A DNA stretch of 64,000 bases from a virus (IMGVR_UViG_3300037751_000591:1-64000); one strand, 5' to 3'; numbered from the stretch's first letter, positions 29,491 to 41,000 are shown. A program made the numbers and translations. Notes: a model not told the origin generated them from the letters alone.

Positions 29491-31133
29491 TGCCGCCGTA
29501 TCAAATCGTCACAGCCGAAATCAGCGATTGGCTTCGCAACTACGAAGGGCCGCGCTTTCATGCGGTCCTTTGCGATCCACCGTATGCGCTGATTTCCATT
29601 GCCAAGCGCTTCGGCCCCGGACAGGCCGAAGCGTCTGAGGGCAGCGACGGGCGCTTCCGCCGGTTGTCCGGCGGATTCATGGGGCAAGAGTGGGACGGGT
29701 TCGAGTCCATGCAGGACTATCAGGCATGGGTCGCCGAATGGTCTCGCCTCATGATCGAGAAGGCGCTGCATCCCGGTGCGGTATGCTTGTTCTTCGGGGG
29801 CACGCGCACGTGGCACCGGCTGGCGTCCGGTCTCGAAGACGGCGGATTTGAGGTCTACGACACTTTTATGTGGGTCTATGGTCAGGGATTTCCAAAGTCG
29901 CATGACATCAGCAAGTTCATCGACCAGAAGGCCGGGGCTGAGCGGGAGGTTGTTGAGGAACGGACGCTGAACAACAACCGGTTCGCCGTGTCTGGATCGG
30001 GCGAGCCGCAGGAGCAATACCGCAAGAGCGAGGGCAACGCCAACATTACGGTTCCCGCCACGGCAGATGCCGAGCGGTGGGACGGTTGGGGCACGGCGCT
30101 CAAACCGGCATGGGAGCCAGTGATTATCTGCCGCGCTCCCCGCGGCAGCCTTGGCTATGCCGATCTGGCGCTGCAGCACGGGACGGGCGCGCTGAACATC
30201 GACGGCAGCAGAATTGAGGGGCCGGCAGGCCCCGGCGTTTGGGGCACAAGCAACGAAACGATCAATACCGACCGGAAGTTCAATACGTCGCCCGCCATGC
30301 AGGAATATCGCAGCCAGCGTCATCAATCAGGCCGATGGCCGGCCAACTTCGGCCTTGTCCATGACGAGCGCTGTGTCCGCGTCGGCCAAGTCGAAGGCAA
30401 GGCACGCGTTATCAACCGCTGGAAAGACGGCATGAAGCCGTTTGGCGGCGGTGCCGGCGGCGAGTATGAGACCGTTCACCCGTCCCGCGAGGGTGAGGCA
30501 TCGGCCGATCGCACCTACGAAGACAAGGGCGGCACGAACTTTGCGATGAAGCCCGGCGGCAGGCGCGATCCCGATACCGAGTCGGTTGATCTGTGGGCCT
30601 GTGTTCCGGGCTGCCCTGTGCGCGAGCTTGACGAGCAGGCCGGCTATGCGCGCAGCGGCGGCTATCCCGAACGCCGGCAGTATGACCAAACCCGCTTGGT
30701 CTACGGAAAGTACAGCGGCGAGATATCCGATCCCAAGTTCCAAAATACCGCCGGTTACGTCAGCCGGTTCTTCTACTGCTCGAAGGCAAGCAAGTCCGAG
30801 AGAGACCTTGGCCTTGAAGATTTCCATTGGCGAAGGACTGATTCCGGTTGGGAGCGGATAAGCGACCCCGCCGCCTATCCCGACGACCGGATCATCACTG
30901 GCAACGTTCACCCCACTGTCAAACCGCTCGACCTGATCCGCTATCTGGCCCGCATGGTGCTGCCGCCTGAACTTGACGGACCGCGGCGCATCCTTGTACC
31001 CTTCGCGGGTTCAGGTTCGGAAATGATTGGCGCACGACAGGCCGAGTGGGATGAAGTAGTGGGCGTCGAGTTATCGGAGGCATTCGCGGCGATAGCAGAG
31101 GCACGCCTGCTCGCCAATATTGGCATGTTCTAA
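29490..31133 (+). CDS. DNA adenine methyltransferase (beta class, large insertions)
   Basis: CDPPY, GFPKS, ALKPAWEP, HPTVKP, PFAGSGSE. Confidence 0.92.
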   Translation: MPPYQIVTAEISDWLRNYEGPRFHAVLCDPPYALISIAKRFGPGQAEASEGSDGRFRRLSGGFMGQEWDGFESMQDYQAWVAEWSRLMIEKALHPGAVCLFFGGTRTWHRLASGLEDGGFEVYDTFMWVYGQGFPKSHDISKFIDQKAGAEREVVEERTLNNNRFAVSGSGEPQEQYRKSEGNANITVPATADAERWDGWGTALKPAWEPVIICRAPRGSLGYADLALQHGTGALNIDGSRIEGPAGPGVWGTSNETINTDRKFNTSPAMQEYRSQRHQSGRWPANFGLVHDERCVRVGQVEGKARVINRWKDGMKPFGGGAGGEYETVHPSREGEASADRTYEDKGGTNFAMKPGGRRDPDTESVDLWACVPGCPVRELDEQAGYARSGGYPERRQYDQTRLVYGKYSGEISDPKFQNTAGYVSRFFYCSKASKSERDLGLEDFHWRRTDSGWERISDPAAYPDDRIITGNVHPTVKPLDLIRYLARMVLPPELDGPRRILVPFAGSGSEMIGARQAEWDEVVGVELSEAFAAIAEARLLANIGMF

Positions 31134-31142
31134 GGAGCAGCC

Positions 31143-31871
31143 ATGGCGTCAGACAAGTCAGGCATGCCGTCCGGACGGGAGGGCCAGTGCGAGGCCCGCA
31201 CGAAGACCTGCCGGAGCTGCAAAGTCAGGTTTACCAAGGGCGACAAATCGTGGGAGTGCCACAATTGCGGCGAGCCGCGGCGCTGCACGAATGATGCGAT
31301 CCAAGCCCGCACATCCTGCCGGGTGCACGGCGGCAACGGCGGCCGACCCCCGACCGAGACCAAGTTCAAAGTAGCCTCAGTGTGGGCCGAGAGCTATGCC
31401 CACGCCATCAATCATCCCGACCTGCTCAGCTTGCAGCCCGAGATCGCGCTGGTCATGTCGCGCATCAGCCAGCTTATGGACCGCCTCGAGCAGGTGGACG
31501 TATCCACTGTTCACAAGCCGACTCTCATCGCCGCCGACGAAATCGAGCAGGCTGCGCTCAGCGGCAACATGGGAATGCTGGCCGTCGGACTCCGCAACTT
31601 GCGTCGAGCGCTCGATCCCATCAGCATCGAATACTCGGTCTACAATCAACTCATGGAGAACATCGACATGACCCGCCGGCTGGTCGAGGTCGAGCGCCGC
31701 CACTTGGCCGAGAACAAGCGCGTGGTCGAGTTGACGTTCATGCTTGAAGTCATGATCGCGATAACCTACATAACGATGAAGTACATTCCGACTCATCAGG
31801 ACCGGGCCGCTGCTGCGAATGAACTTAAAGAGTATTTCCCCACCGGATCAGATATCACCGTTCCGGCTTAG
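31143..31871 (+). CDS. terS: terminase small subunit (HGG motif type)
   Basis: Cys-rich N-terminus, CRVHGG, position immediately before TerL. Confidence 0.65.
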   Translation: MASDKSGMPSGREGQCEARTKTCRSCKVRFTKGDKSWECHNCGEPRRCTNDAIQARTSCRVHGGNGGRPPTETKFKVASVWAESYAHAINHPDLLSLQPEIALVMSRISQLMDRLEQVDVSTVHKPTLIAADEIEQAALSGNMGMLAVGLRNLRRALDPISIEYSVYNQLMENIDMTRRLVEVERRHLAENKRVVELTFMLEVMIAITYITMKYIPTHQDRAAAANELKEYFPTGSDITVPA

Positions 31872-34389
31872 CATCGCGCCGGATTACGTCGCTGAACTAA
31901 ATAAGATCGCCTTGCCGGACCAGCCGGATGAACTCCAGCGCCGGCAAGAGGCGAGCGAGTCGCTGCTTGCTTTCACGCAGTACACCTTCCCCAACTACAA
32001 AGCCGACAAGTTCCATAAGCACCTTGCCGAGGCGCTGACTCGCATTGTCATGCGCGCCAAGGAAGGCAAGTCGTCAAGTCTCATGCTGTGGGCACCCCCG
32101 CAGCACGGCAAGCTGTGTGCTCATAGCACGCCGGTGCTCACAAGCAAGGGTTGGCGAACGCACGGCGACTTGCGCCCCGGCGATTATGTCTATGGCCGTT
32201 ATGGGCAACCCGTGCGCGTGATCGCCATATCGGAGCAAGGCATTGCCGACCGTGAAGTAGAGTTCAGCGACCACTCCGCTATTCGCTGCCATGCGAAGCA
32301 TGAGTGGAGCGTCTTCGACAGAAGTATGAGCAGCGAACACAGACATCGGCCATTCATTTGGGAAACCGATGCACTGCGTGAGCACGGGCTGATTTATGGC
32401 AAGCGCGGCAATCGCGGCTCGCGCAGCGTTTTTCAACTGGATGCCCCTGTTGGCATCAAGGGTCGTCACCGCGATCTTCCGGTTGATCCCTATGTGCTCG
32501 GTGTCTGGCTCGGTGATGGCACCGAATCGAAGAACTGTGTTGTTTATCATCCGTCGAACCGGGCCATCGTTGACAGAATGGCCCGGCACGGCATGCTGCT
32601 GACTGCCGGCAGCACTCACTCCGAAACCGGCTGCGAGACTGGTTACTTTCGCGAGCTTTATGGTCAACTCAACAGCGCTGGCCTGCTTGGCAACAAACAT
32701 ATCCCCGACGCCTACTTTACGTCGTCTATCGAACAAAGACTTCAACTGCTTGCTGGTCTGATTGACACTGATGGTTATGTGTACCCGCGCAATGGCCGGA
32801 CGGTATTTTCTACTGGCAACGACCGACTCGTGCGTGATGTTTCTCGACTGATTGCGACATTGGGCTGGCGGGTTACACATTCTTGGGCCGAGCCTGCTAT
32901 CTCATCGTCTGGCATCAGGGGCCGGCAGCCCGTTTGCCAGATCACATTCAACCCCACGGTCGACATACCGGTAGAGCTTGGCCGCAAGAAGAATCCGAAG
33001 ATCGAGCCAATCGAACGCCGCCGGTCCATTGTTGACATTCGAGACATCCCCCCCGAGCCGGGTCGCTGCATTCAGGTCGAGGGCGGCATTTATCTCGCTG
33101 GCGACCGCCTGATCCCGACCCACAACAGCGAATTGGTTTCGACTCGCCTGCCGTCATTCTGGCTGGCGCACAACACCGAACTGCCCGTGGCGATGGTCAG
33201 CTATGCCGCCTCGCTTGCCAAGCGCAACTCGCGCTATGCGCGTTCAGTCATGGACTCGCCGTTCTACCAAGAAATCTTCCCCGGCATCATGCCCGATGAG
33301 AAGAACTGGCGTATCGAGGATTGGCACGTCAAGAACCGCAAGGGATACGCGATGGCCGTCGGTGTTGGCGGCCCGATCACCGGCCACGGCTTCGGCCTCG
33401 GCCTGATTGACGACCCTATCGAAAATTGGGCGGCTGCGCAGTCGGAAACGCTGCGTGAGACCATCTGGCAGTGGTGGTTGGGCACGTTCCGCACCCGTTT
33501 GTGGGAAGGCGCGTCCATCATTTTCATGATGACCCGCTGGCACGAAGATGATCTGGCGGGCCGCATTCTGGACCAAGAGGGTACGGTCGAAGAGGGCGGC
33601 GAATGGGAAGTGCTGTCCTATCCGGCGCTGGCCGAAGACCCTGAGACCGACCCGCTCGGGCGCAAGGTTGGCGAACCGCTGGCCCCGTCGCGCTACTCGC
33701 GCAACTGGCTGGTCAACTTCCGTGATAAGTCGGTCGAGCAGGTCTGGCAGGCCGAGTATCAGCAGCATCCGGTTCCGCCATCGGGCGACTTCTTCAAGGT
33801 CGGGCGCATCGAACTGGTCGAGGCTATCCCCGCCGAGCTAGGGCGCGTGATCCGCGGCGTGCCCGTGGCGCTTACCGGCGGAGCACGCTATTGGGACTTG
33901 GCCGGCACCGAGCGAAAGACGGCCAAGCGCGAGCCGGACTCCACTTCGGGATCGCTCATGAATCAGCATGTCGGCCTCTATTACTGGTTGGACAATATCA
34001 ACGTTCAGTACGGGCCAGATCGAGTCGAGCAGATTATTAAGCAGACGGCCAACCTCGACGGCGACAGGGTTCGCATCCGTATCGAGCAAGAGCCGGGGCA
34101 GTCGGGCAAGGCGCAGATCGCGCATTACGTCACGCTGCTGGCCGGCTTCGACGTTGAGGGCATCCCGTCGAGCGGCGACAAGATGGTGCGGGCGGCGGCG
34201 TTCGCGGCGCAGGTAAACTCGGGTAATGTAAGGATGTTGAAAGCGCCGTGGAACAAGAAGGTGTTGGCTGTTCTTGCCAACTTCCCCCACGGTCGGGAAG
34301 ATGATGATGTAGACTCCGGTGCCGGCGCGTTCAATTCACTGGACCTCGAAGGCAAGAAATGGCGGAAGCAGGGCTTTGCAAGCGTCTAA
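31819..34389 (+). CDS. terL: terminase large subunit, intein-containing
   Basis: PPQHGK|SE Walker A, LIDDP Walker B, MTRWHEDDL, YQQxP, WDLA, EQEPGQSG, DDDVD. Confidence 0.95.
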   Translation: MNLKSISPPDQISPFRLSIAPDYVAELNKIALPDQPDELQRRQEASESLLAFTQYTFPNYKADKFHKHLAEALTRIVMRAKEGKSSSLMLWAPPQHGKLCAHSTPVLTSKGWRTHGDLRPGDYVYGRYGQPVRVIAISEQGIADREVEFSDHSAIRCHAKHEWSVFDRSMSSEHRHRPFIWETDALREHGLIYGKRGNRGSRSVFQLDAPVGIKGRHRDLPVDPYVLGVWLGDGTESKNCVVYHPSNRAIVDRMARHGMLLTAGSTHSETGCETGYFRELYGQLNSAGLLGNKHIPDAYFTSSIEQRLQLLAGLIDTDGYVYPRNGRTVFSTGNDRLVRDVSRLIATLGWRVTHSWAEPAISSSGIRGRQPVCQITFNPTVDIPVELGRKKNPKIEPIERRRSIVDIRDIPPEPGRCIQVEGGIYLAGDRLIPTHNSELVSTRLPSFWLAHNTELPVAMVSYAASLAKRNSRYARSVMDSPFYQEIFPGIMPDEKNWRIEDWHVKNRKGYAMAVGVGGPITGHGFGLGLIDDPIENWAAAQSETLRETIWQWWLGTFRTRLWEGASIIFMMTRWHEDDLAGRILDQEGTVEEGGEWEVLSYPALAEDPETDPLGRKVGEPLAPSRYSRNWLVNFRDKSVEQVWQAEYQQHPVPPSGDFFKVGRIELVEAIPAELGRVIRGVPVALTGGARYWDLAGTERKTAKREPDSTSGSLMNQHVGLYYWLDNINVQYGPDRVEQIIKQTANLDGDRVRIRIEQEPGQSGKAQIAHYVTLLAGFDVEGIPSSGDKMVRAAAFAAQVNSGNVRMLKAPWNKKVLAVLANFPHGREDDDVDSGAGAFNSLDLEGKKWRKQGFASV
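32113..33126 (+). mobile_element. 338-aa intein with LAGLIDADG homing endonuclease, class-3 signature
   Basis: inserted in Walker A (GK|L...THN|S); LGVWLGDG and LAGLIDTDG; HEW, RCIQV and PTHN blocks. Confidence 0.9.
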
Positions 34390-34390
34390 T

Positions 34391-34444
34391 CCCCATGGTG
34401 CATTTGGCGTTGAGGTTGCGGAGAGTCAGGTGCTACCCTATGAT
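34391..34444 (+). promoter_or_regulatory. putative late promoter (ATGGTGCATTTG box)
   Basis: box followed by TACCCTATGAT; same architecture recurs at 53379-53432. Confidence 0.55.
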
Positions 34445-34472
34445 GTAGCCTGTCTGCCAGACGGAGCCTTGC

Positions 34473-36971
34473 ATGGCGCGTACTGATGAACAATTGATCG
34501 TGCCCGCCGAGGTCGAAGAACGCCCGCAGGATCAGCGGGCGATTCAAATTCGGCCTGTTCTGAGTCGGCTGCTGCCGTTTTGGGGGCATCCGAGCTACCT
34601 GAGCGCCACGCGCTGGCGCGCATTCGTGCGCAATCAGCCGCTGGCGCTTGTCTTCCGTGACACGCTTATCAATCACATGCTGTCTTCGGAGTGGGACATT
34701 CAGCCCCGAGACCCCGACGACGAAGACAAAGACATCGGCGAGGCCATCGAATACTACACTGAGCTATTCGATCAGGGCCTTGACGAAGGCTTCGACCACC
34801 ACCTTGAACTGATTGCACAGGATTATCTCGATCTTCCAATTGGCGGCACCGCTGAGCTTGGCCGGCTTGACGACGATCCCGACGGGCCTGTTGTGTGGGC
34901 ACAGCATGTCGACGCCGCCACGCTGTATCCGACCTACGATTACGATTATCCGCTGCGGCAGGCGCTGGCCGAAGCGCCGGGACGCGTAGTGGCGTTCCCG
35001 AGGCACGCGGTCGAGCGTATATACATGACGCCGCGGCCCGAGATCATGCGCAAGGGTTGGGGCATGGCTCCGCCTGAGAAGGCGTACCTTGCCATGGAGC
35101 TTTTGTTCCGCGGCGACCGCTACTACGCCAACCTGCTGCTCGACACCCCCGAGGCCGGCATTCTTGACCTCAAGGACATGGAGAAGGAATCGGCGCTCGA
35201 ATGGGTTGAATCGATGCGGGAGCTATTCTTCGGCATCGACGGGTTCAAGGTGCCCGTGCTTTACGAGCACAACGAAGATGTCAAGTGGATTCCGCTCAAC
35301 CGCCCCCCGCTGGACATGATGTACGACAAGGTGACGATGAAGTACGCGCAGATCATGGCCGGCGCGTACGGCCTTCGCCTATCCGACATTGGCCTCGATG
35401 AGGTCTCGGGCGAGCGAACGCTGGCTGGCGTGATCCGCGGCGAGCGCCAGTCGAAGCGGTCCGGGTACGGTCGGTTGGGGTCGGCGCTCGAAAACTACTT
35501 CAACAAGCTGCTGCCGCACCAGTTGAAGTTCCGATGGCTGGACCGCGACGAGGAAACGATTGTCGCCAAGGGCAAGGCCATGATTTCGGTAGGTCAGGGA
35601 CTCAAGGTTTTGAAGGACGGCGGGTTCATCGATCAGGCCGAAGGCCGCAAGCAGTTGGTTGCCGAGGGCCTATTCAGCATCGATCTCGACCCCGACAAGG
35701 TTCCCGAGCCGCCGATGCCGACTTTACCTCCGGGCATAAATCCATTCGGCAACACGCAGCCGGCCAACGGCAAGCCGCCGCAGCCGAGCCAGAACGACAA
35801 GGTTGCGCCGAGCGATGGGGGGCGCGGGGAGATCGCGGGGCCAGTTGGCCGCTCGGCGGTGACAAGGATTTGGGACCGGTTGACCGGTCGCGCCACGCCA
35901 GAGCCGGGAAGCAATCCGGCGATTGTGAGTCAGGAAGAACTGCTCGAACGCATGGAAGCGATTATCAAGCCGGGCCTGATGGGGATTGTCAGTGCGGCCC
36001 GATCCGAGCCGGTGCGCTTGCGCCGACTGATTCGCGCCATGACGAAGCACATGGTTCCCGAAATGGTGAACGTCGTCAAAGCGCTGAGCGATTATCAAAT
36101 CCATTCGTTCTACCTGCCGGAAATGCATGCGCTGACCTTTGGCGAACCATCCGAGCTTGACTCGCTCGCCATGCGCAACATTCTCGACGAGGCCAAGAAG
36201 GTGCTCGATACGCACCTTGAAGATGATGACTGGTGGAAGACCGCCAGCGCTTACGAGCGGGCGTCCATTCTGAGCATCTTCGCCGAGGCTTACGAGCGCG
36301 GGTTGGCCGAGCAAGCGCTGCTCATGATTCGCGCCCTGTACGAAGAAGGGCTGCGGCCATCGCCGGCGGTCGGTATCAGTTTCGAGTTGACGAACCCCGC
36401 CGTCATTCGTCGCTTGCAGGAATCGGCCGGACTGCTGGTCCGGCGGATTGATGAAGGCACGATGTTTTTCATTCGCCGGCTGATCGTTGCCGGCGTGCGA
36501 CAGGGCCTTGCCAGCGACCGGATTGCTGCTGCCTTGCGCGACGGGGCGCGGGCCGAAGCGATTCTGGCCGATGAAGGCTACATGGCCGATGTGATTGAGG
36601 CCGTGCTTGAAGGCATGATCGAAATGTCGGAGGCGCGGACCAACTCTATTGTTAACACCGAAATCAACCGAGTCGAGAATGAGGCCAAACGCGACCAGAT
36701 GAAACAATCTGGCCTCGCGACAAAAGGATGGCGGCACCTTGGCAAGCGCGGAGTCACGGAGGCCGGCAACGAGCACCCCTGCCCGATCTGCAAGGGCAAC
36801 GAAGACTTGGGGTTCGTGCCGATTGACTACGTGTACGCCACTGTGTTTGAAGAGGGCGCGCAAACGCCGCCCGGCCATCCCAACGTTTGCCACTGTGCGA
36901 TCCGGTTCGACGAAAGCGAGTTATTCAACGTAGTGGGCAGGGGTGAGTTCACCCCATGGGCTGGAGACTAG
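34473..36971 (+). CDS. portal protein fused to MuF-like head morphogenesis domain
   Basis: follows TerL; portal-like N-terminal half (GWGMAPPE, PEAGIL); Pro-rich linker; C-terminal IVNTEINR...KGW...CPIC...PPGHPNVCHC. Confidence 0.8.
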   Translation: MARTDEQLIVPAEVEERPQDQRAIQIRPVLSRLLPFWGHPSYLSATRWRAFVRNQPLALVFRDTLINHMLSSEWDIQPRDPDDEDKDIGEAIEYYTELFDQGLDEGFDHHLELIAQDYLDLPIGGTAELGRLDDDPDGPVVWAQHVDAATLYPTYDYDYPLRQALAEAPGRVVAFPRHAVERIYMTPRPEIMRKGWGMAPPEKAYLAMELLFRGDRYYANLLLDTPEAGILDLKDMEKESALEWVESMRELFFGIDGFKVPVLYEHNEDVKWIPLNRPPLDMMYDKVTMKYAQIMAGAYGLRLSDIGLDEVSGERTLAGVIRGERQSKRSGYGRLGSALENYFNKLLPHQLKFRWLDRDEETIVAKGKAMISVGQGLKVLKDGGFIDQAEGRKQLVAEGLFSIDLDPDKVPEPPMPTLPPGINPFGNTQPANGKPPQPSQNDKVAPSDGGRGEIAGPVGRSAVTRIWDRLTGRATPEPGSNPAIVSQEELLERMEAIIKPGLMGIVSAARSEPVRLRRLIRAMTKHMVPEMVNVVKALSDYQIHSFYLPEMHALTFGEPSELDSLAMRNILDEAKKVLDTHLEDDDWWKTASAYERASILSIFAEAYERGLAEQALLMIRALYEEGLRPSPAVGISFELTNPAVIRRLQESAGLLVRRIDEGTMFFIRRLIVAGVRQGLASDRIAAALRDGARAEAILADEGYMADVIEAVLEGMIEMSEARTNSIVNTEINRVENEAKRDQMKQSGLATKGWRHLGKRGVTEAGNEHPCPICKGNEDLGFVPIDYVYATVFEEGAQTPPGHPNVCHCAIRFDESELFNVVGRGEFTPWAGD

Positions 36972-37016
36972 CGCCGCTGAGCGGGAGGCGACTCGACCGT
37001 ATGGAGGTCAAGTCAA

Positions 37017-37802
37017 ATGACTGACGAAGTTGCTGAACGTATCGCTCAGCGAGCGCTGCTGAGCGCCGGCGTGGGTGACGACCCTGAGCTATTGGCCGTG
37101 ATCGGCGGGTCGAAAGCCGACACGTCGAAGGCGCTGCAGGCGGAGTTCACTGTGCCGCAGCTACGCGAGCGGGCAGACCGGCTTGGCGTGAACCTGACGG
37201 GCCTCGGCCTGAAAGAGGATATCGCCGATGCCATCGCAGGCTATTTGCATGAAGGCATGGAAGCTGCCGAGGCGGAGTTGGAGCCAGAGCCGGATGCCGA
37301 AGCTCTGCCTATGCCGGCTGCACCCGAGTCGGATGGTCGGCCTGCGCCGCGTCCGGCGTCTAACCTGTCGACCGACGATATCGTGCGCCCGCTGAGCGGG
37401 GCCGGTCGGTTCTTGCAGGTCCGCCATGTCAGCCGCACGCTCAGCGGCTACGGGCAGGGCAACGGGCATGAATACCTCGATCCGCAGCAGGCCCGTGACT
37501 TCTTCGCCAAGTACATCGCTGCCGGCTATCACCTGCTGTTCGTGCAGCACCTTGGCATCGATCCCGCCGGCCACATGATGCTGTGGGCGTTCGGGCTGGC
37601 GAATGACCCGAAGGATGTGGCCGAATACAGCGAGCTACACCACATCGTTCGGACCATCGGAACGTCCGAGAATGCCATCACTGGCTTTCAAGCCGATGAG
37701 TACATTTCGTCGTATCTGGCCGACGGTTGGGAGTTGTACGAAGTCAAGCAGTTGGGCCTATCGCCATCCGGCATTAACGTGCTGTGGGTGCTGGTACGGT
37801 AG
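37017..37802 (+). CDS. hypothetical head-region protein
   Basis: strong GGAGG RBS; internally duplicated C-terminal module. Confidence 0.6.
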   Translation: MTDEVAERIAQRALLSAGVGDDPELLAVIGGSKADTSKALQAEFTVPQLRERADRLGVNLTGLGLKEDIADAIAGYLHEGMEAAEAELEPEPDAEALPMPAAPESDGRPAPRPASNLSTDDIVRPLSGAGRFLQVRHVSRTLSGYGQGNGHEYLDPQQARDFFAKYIAAGYHLLFVQHLGIDPAGHMMLWAFGLANDPKDVAEYSELHHIVRTIGTSENAITGFQADEYISSYLADGWELYEVKQLGLSPSGINVLWVLVR

Positions 37803-38092
37803 TTCTGGCCTACCTGCTGGTGGGCAGGCTGCTTGTTTGGGTTGCTGAGACCAGCGGCCCGACCAAGCGCATCTGGCGTCTGCATCCATTCTTAGAGGAA
37901 TTGGGCGAGTGCGACTTTTGCCTCGGCTGTTGGATATTTCCGGTGCTGGCCGCTTTGTTTGAAGTGAATCTGACCGCGCCGTTCTACTGGCCGGTAGCAA
38001 GCGAGATCATCACGGGCATTGCGACAGCGTTCGGTGTGCATCTGGCGAGGCTTGGATGGCAGACGAAGTTCGGAGTGGAAATCCTCTCATAA
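37784..38092 (+). CDS. DUF1360-like membrane protein
   Basis: TM helices around ELGECDFCLGCW. Confidence 0.55.
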   Translation: MGAGTVVLAYLLVGRLLVWVAETSGPTKRIWRLHPFLEELGECDFCLGCWIFPVLAALFEVNLTAPFYWPVASEIITGIATAFGVHLARLGWQTKFGVEILS

Positions 38093-41000
38093 ACGGCGGC
38101 GTGCCCGCGGTGTTTCGCGATGGCAGGCTGCCTGTCAAGGAGTCGTGTTCGCTTTGCTCGAAGCGAGCCGACTTCTTCGCGTCCCTCAATCACTTCGACT
38201 ACCGCGTCGAAGACACGTTCTGTACTGAATGCCTCGACAGGCAAATCGAACAAAGCGGACCGATCATCGAGTACATCATCCCGCTCGGCGGCGAAGACAG
38301 CCCCGGCACGGTTGTCACCCCCGATGAGTTCATGCGCCTGCTGCGCGGCGAGCCGGTCATTCATGGATTCAACCGGCGCGTCCTGACGTTTGACGATGGG
38401 CCGTTCAGGGTTGTTGAGCGCGGCGGACCGGGGTCGGGGCATCATGGGCACGAAGGCCGCCCCGGAGAGGTTGGAGGTTCGCGGCCGAGTGGGGCCGGCG
38501 GGGAGGTCGCCGAAGACTACGAAGGGCTGGCATCCGATATCCCACCGGAGATTCGGAGCCGACGCTATTTCCATGCGACTTCGCACACAAGCCGAGGCAA
38601 GAGCATTCTTGAGTCGGGCATGGTGCGACCGGGGGAGGCTGGCAGAATAGGGCCACTTGCTCCCGTTGAGGGCCGTGTCTACGTTACACAAGACCCCGAA
38701 TACGCGTTGGTTTATTCGCTCGGTGGTGACATGGCCGGCTCGAATCTCCCTGAACACTGGATCGAAGATGCGGGGCAGTATGGCTACATCTTCGAGATCG
38801 ATCCGCAGGCGTTTACCGACATCCAACCCGACGAAGACGTGATTGGCGAACACATCCATAAAGAAACGTTCCCGTGGCTGAATCGACTTGCGCGGCAGCA
38901 TTTGAGCAGCCGTATGCTGGCGGATGCCCAATTCGGCGAGTATGACGCTTGGGCCGAGGCCGGCAAGAAGTTGGTTGGCTACATGACGCCCGAGCAGAAA
39001 TACGAGATCATCCTGAGCGGCAGCCATGTTTCCGCGCTTGGCGAGCTACCCATTATTGCCGCGTGGCGTGTCGATAAAACGCAGGCCAGCCAGTACGAGA
39101 GATATACCTACGCTGAGGAAGACACCGAAGAAGATCGGCGGCGGCGCATCGACCTGATCTGGCAGCTATCGCAGCCAGTCGAGCGGAGTCTGATTGGCAG
39201 GCACTTCGGTCCGGGCGCACACTCCGGCACCGGCACCGATCAGGACGTGCATGCCGGCGACGGCGAGGGCGGGATTTCCAAAGCAGACGCCACGGGCATT
39301 TGGGGCCTTGGCCTCGACAACAGAAGCCTGCACACGGTTGCCTTCAAGCCGGCGGACAGCGGCGATGATGTCCAGCACTACCGCGAAGTTTCCATCACGC
39401 ATCACCCCTCGCGCAAGCAACCTTATCGAGCAGTCATGGCCTTCGGGCATACGGCGCGGTTTGTGGATGGCCGGCACTGGTTTGACACACTGGCCGAAGC
39501 GAAGCAGGCCGGCGATGCCTATGTCGGCGACTGGTCGGGGAGACCCGTCGAGCGCCACTACGGTCCGGGGCCGCACCCCGGCACGGGCACCGGTCAGGAG
39601 ATACATGCCGGCGAGAGTGAGGGTTCCTATGGTCCGCCGATCCCCGACGTGGCGACCGACGAACAGGTTGCTGGTTACAACCCTGTCGACATCAACAACT
39701 TCCGCATTGTGGGCGTCACCGATCTGTCCGACGCCAAGGGTCGCCTGATCGGGCCGGGAGAGTATGCGGATGCGGTCAGCCGCGTCATGCAGGATTTCTA
39801 CCGACGCACCGGCTTCAAGATGTCGCGGCACGTGATTTCCAATGAATGGATCGCGCTAGCCGAGGCCGGCGGCGGAACGTTCGCCGGCATGGTTTTGCCG
39901 TCCGAGCAGCTTGCCGACAAGCTGCAGGACACGTATGAGGATCAGCTTTACGGTGCATACATTCAGGCCGAAAACACCCTGTTTATCAGTCCTAACACCC
40001 GACTCATGCGGCCCGACCAGCAGCGGTTCAGCTTTGTGATTGCCCATGAGTTGGGGCACTGGCTGCATCATCGGGTTGACCTGAGCGGATTGGAACCTAG
40101 CGAAGAATACTTTGGCGCGATGAGCGACACCTACGGTATGGGCAGGTCGCTCGAAGAAGAATACATCGCCGATCTGATTGCTGCCCACGTGCTCGACGGC
40201 GAGGTTTACCGCTTCCATCGCGAGCAAATGAACCGTCCGCTGACCGACTTCGAGCGGTCGGACGCCGAGGAAGTGATTTCCATTCTCAAGAAGGCCCCCG
40301 TGCTGCGGAGTCGGACCATGACCAAGCGAGCCGAAGATCGCGTGCTGGTCTACTTCCCACAGACCGGCGAAGTGCTTGACGTGCCACGCGACCGGCTGAG
40401 CGAATTGCCCGAAACCGCCGAAATCTTCGGCGACCGCCTGCGTGGGGCCATGAGCGAGCGAGCCATGGGGTTCGGTATCAGCGACCCCTTCATGAGCACC
40501 GACCCCAACATGCCGCTCGACCCCGGCGGGCTTGGCGTCGAGTTCCATGAGCCGGTCCAGTTCGACCCGAAGACGGCAGACCCCGCCTACATCTACGCGT
40601 CGCTTTCGATGAGTCCTCCGCTGCTGGACTTGCAGAAGTACGTGCTTGATTACCTTGACAGCGCCGGCGCAGCCTATGATGCCCAAGAGCCTGAGCGCTT
40701 CCATATCACGCTGCTCTACATCGAGAAGATCGACAACTGGCAGTTGCAGGACCTGATCTCTCACATTCAGTTCCCCGCCGCTTTCACGGTCGAGGGCGTC
40801 CGCCTTGGCACGTTCAAGGAAGCAGACGACAAGCCGCTGGTGCTGATGATCGACCCCGACAATGCCCTGCTGCGCATTCAGCGCGAGCTTTACGAGCGAG
40901 CGGTGCAGATGGGGTTGAAAGTATCCGAGTACAGCCGGCCCGGACACTACAAGCCGCATGTCACGCTGGCCTATGACATGGAGCCGGCAGATCAGCGCAT

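Noticed and set aside
31819-31871. TerS-TerL 53-nt overlap without a clear RBS as a programmed frameshift
   Set aside because: No convincing slippery site; a simple overlap or a downstream start explains it
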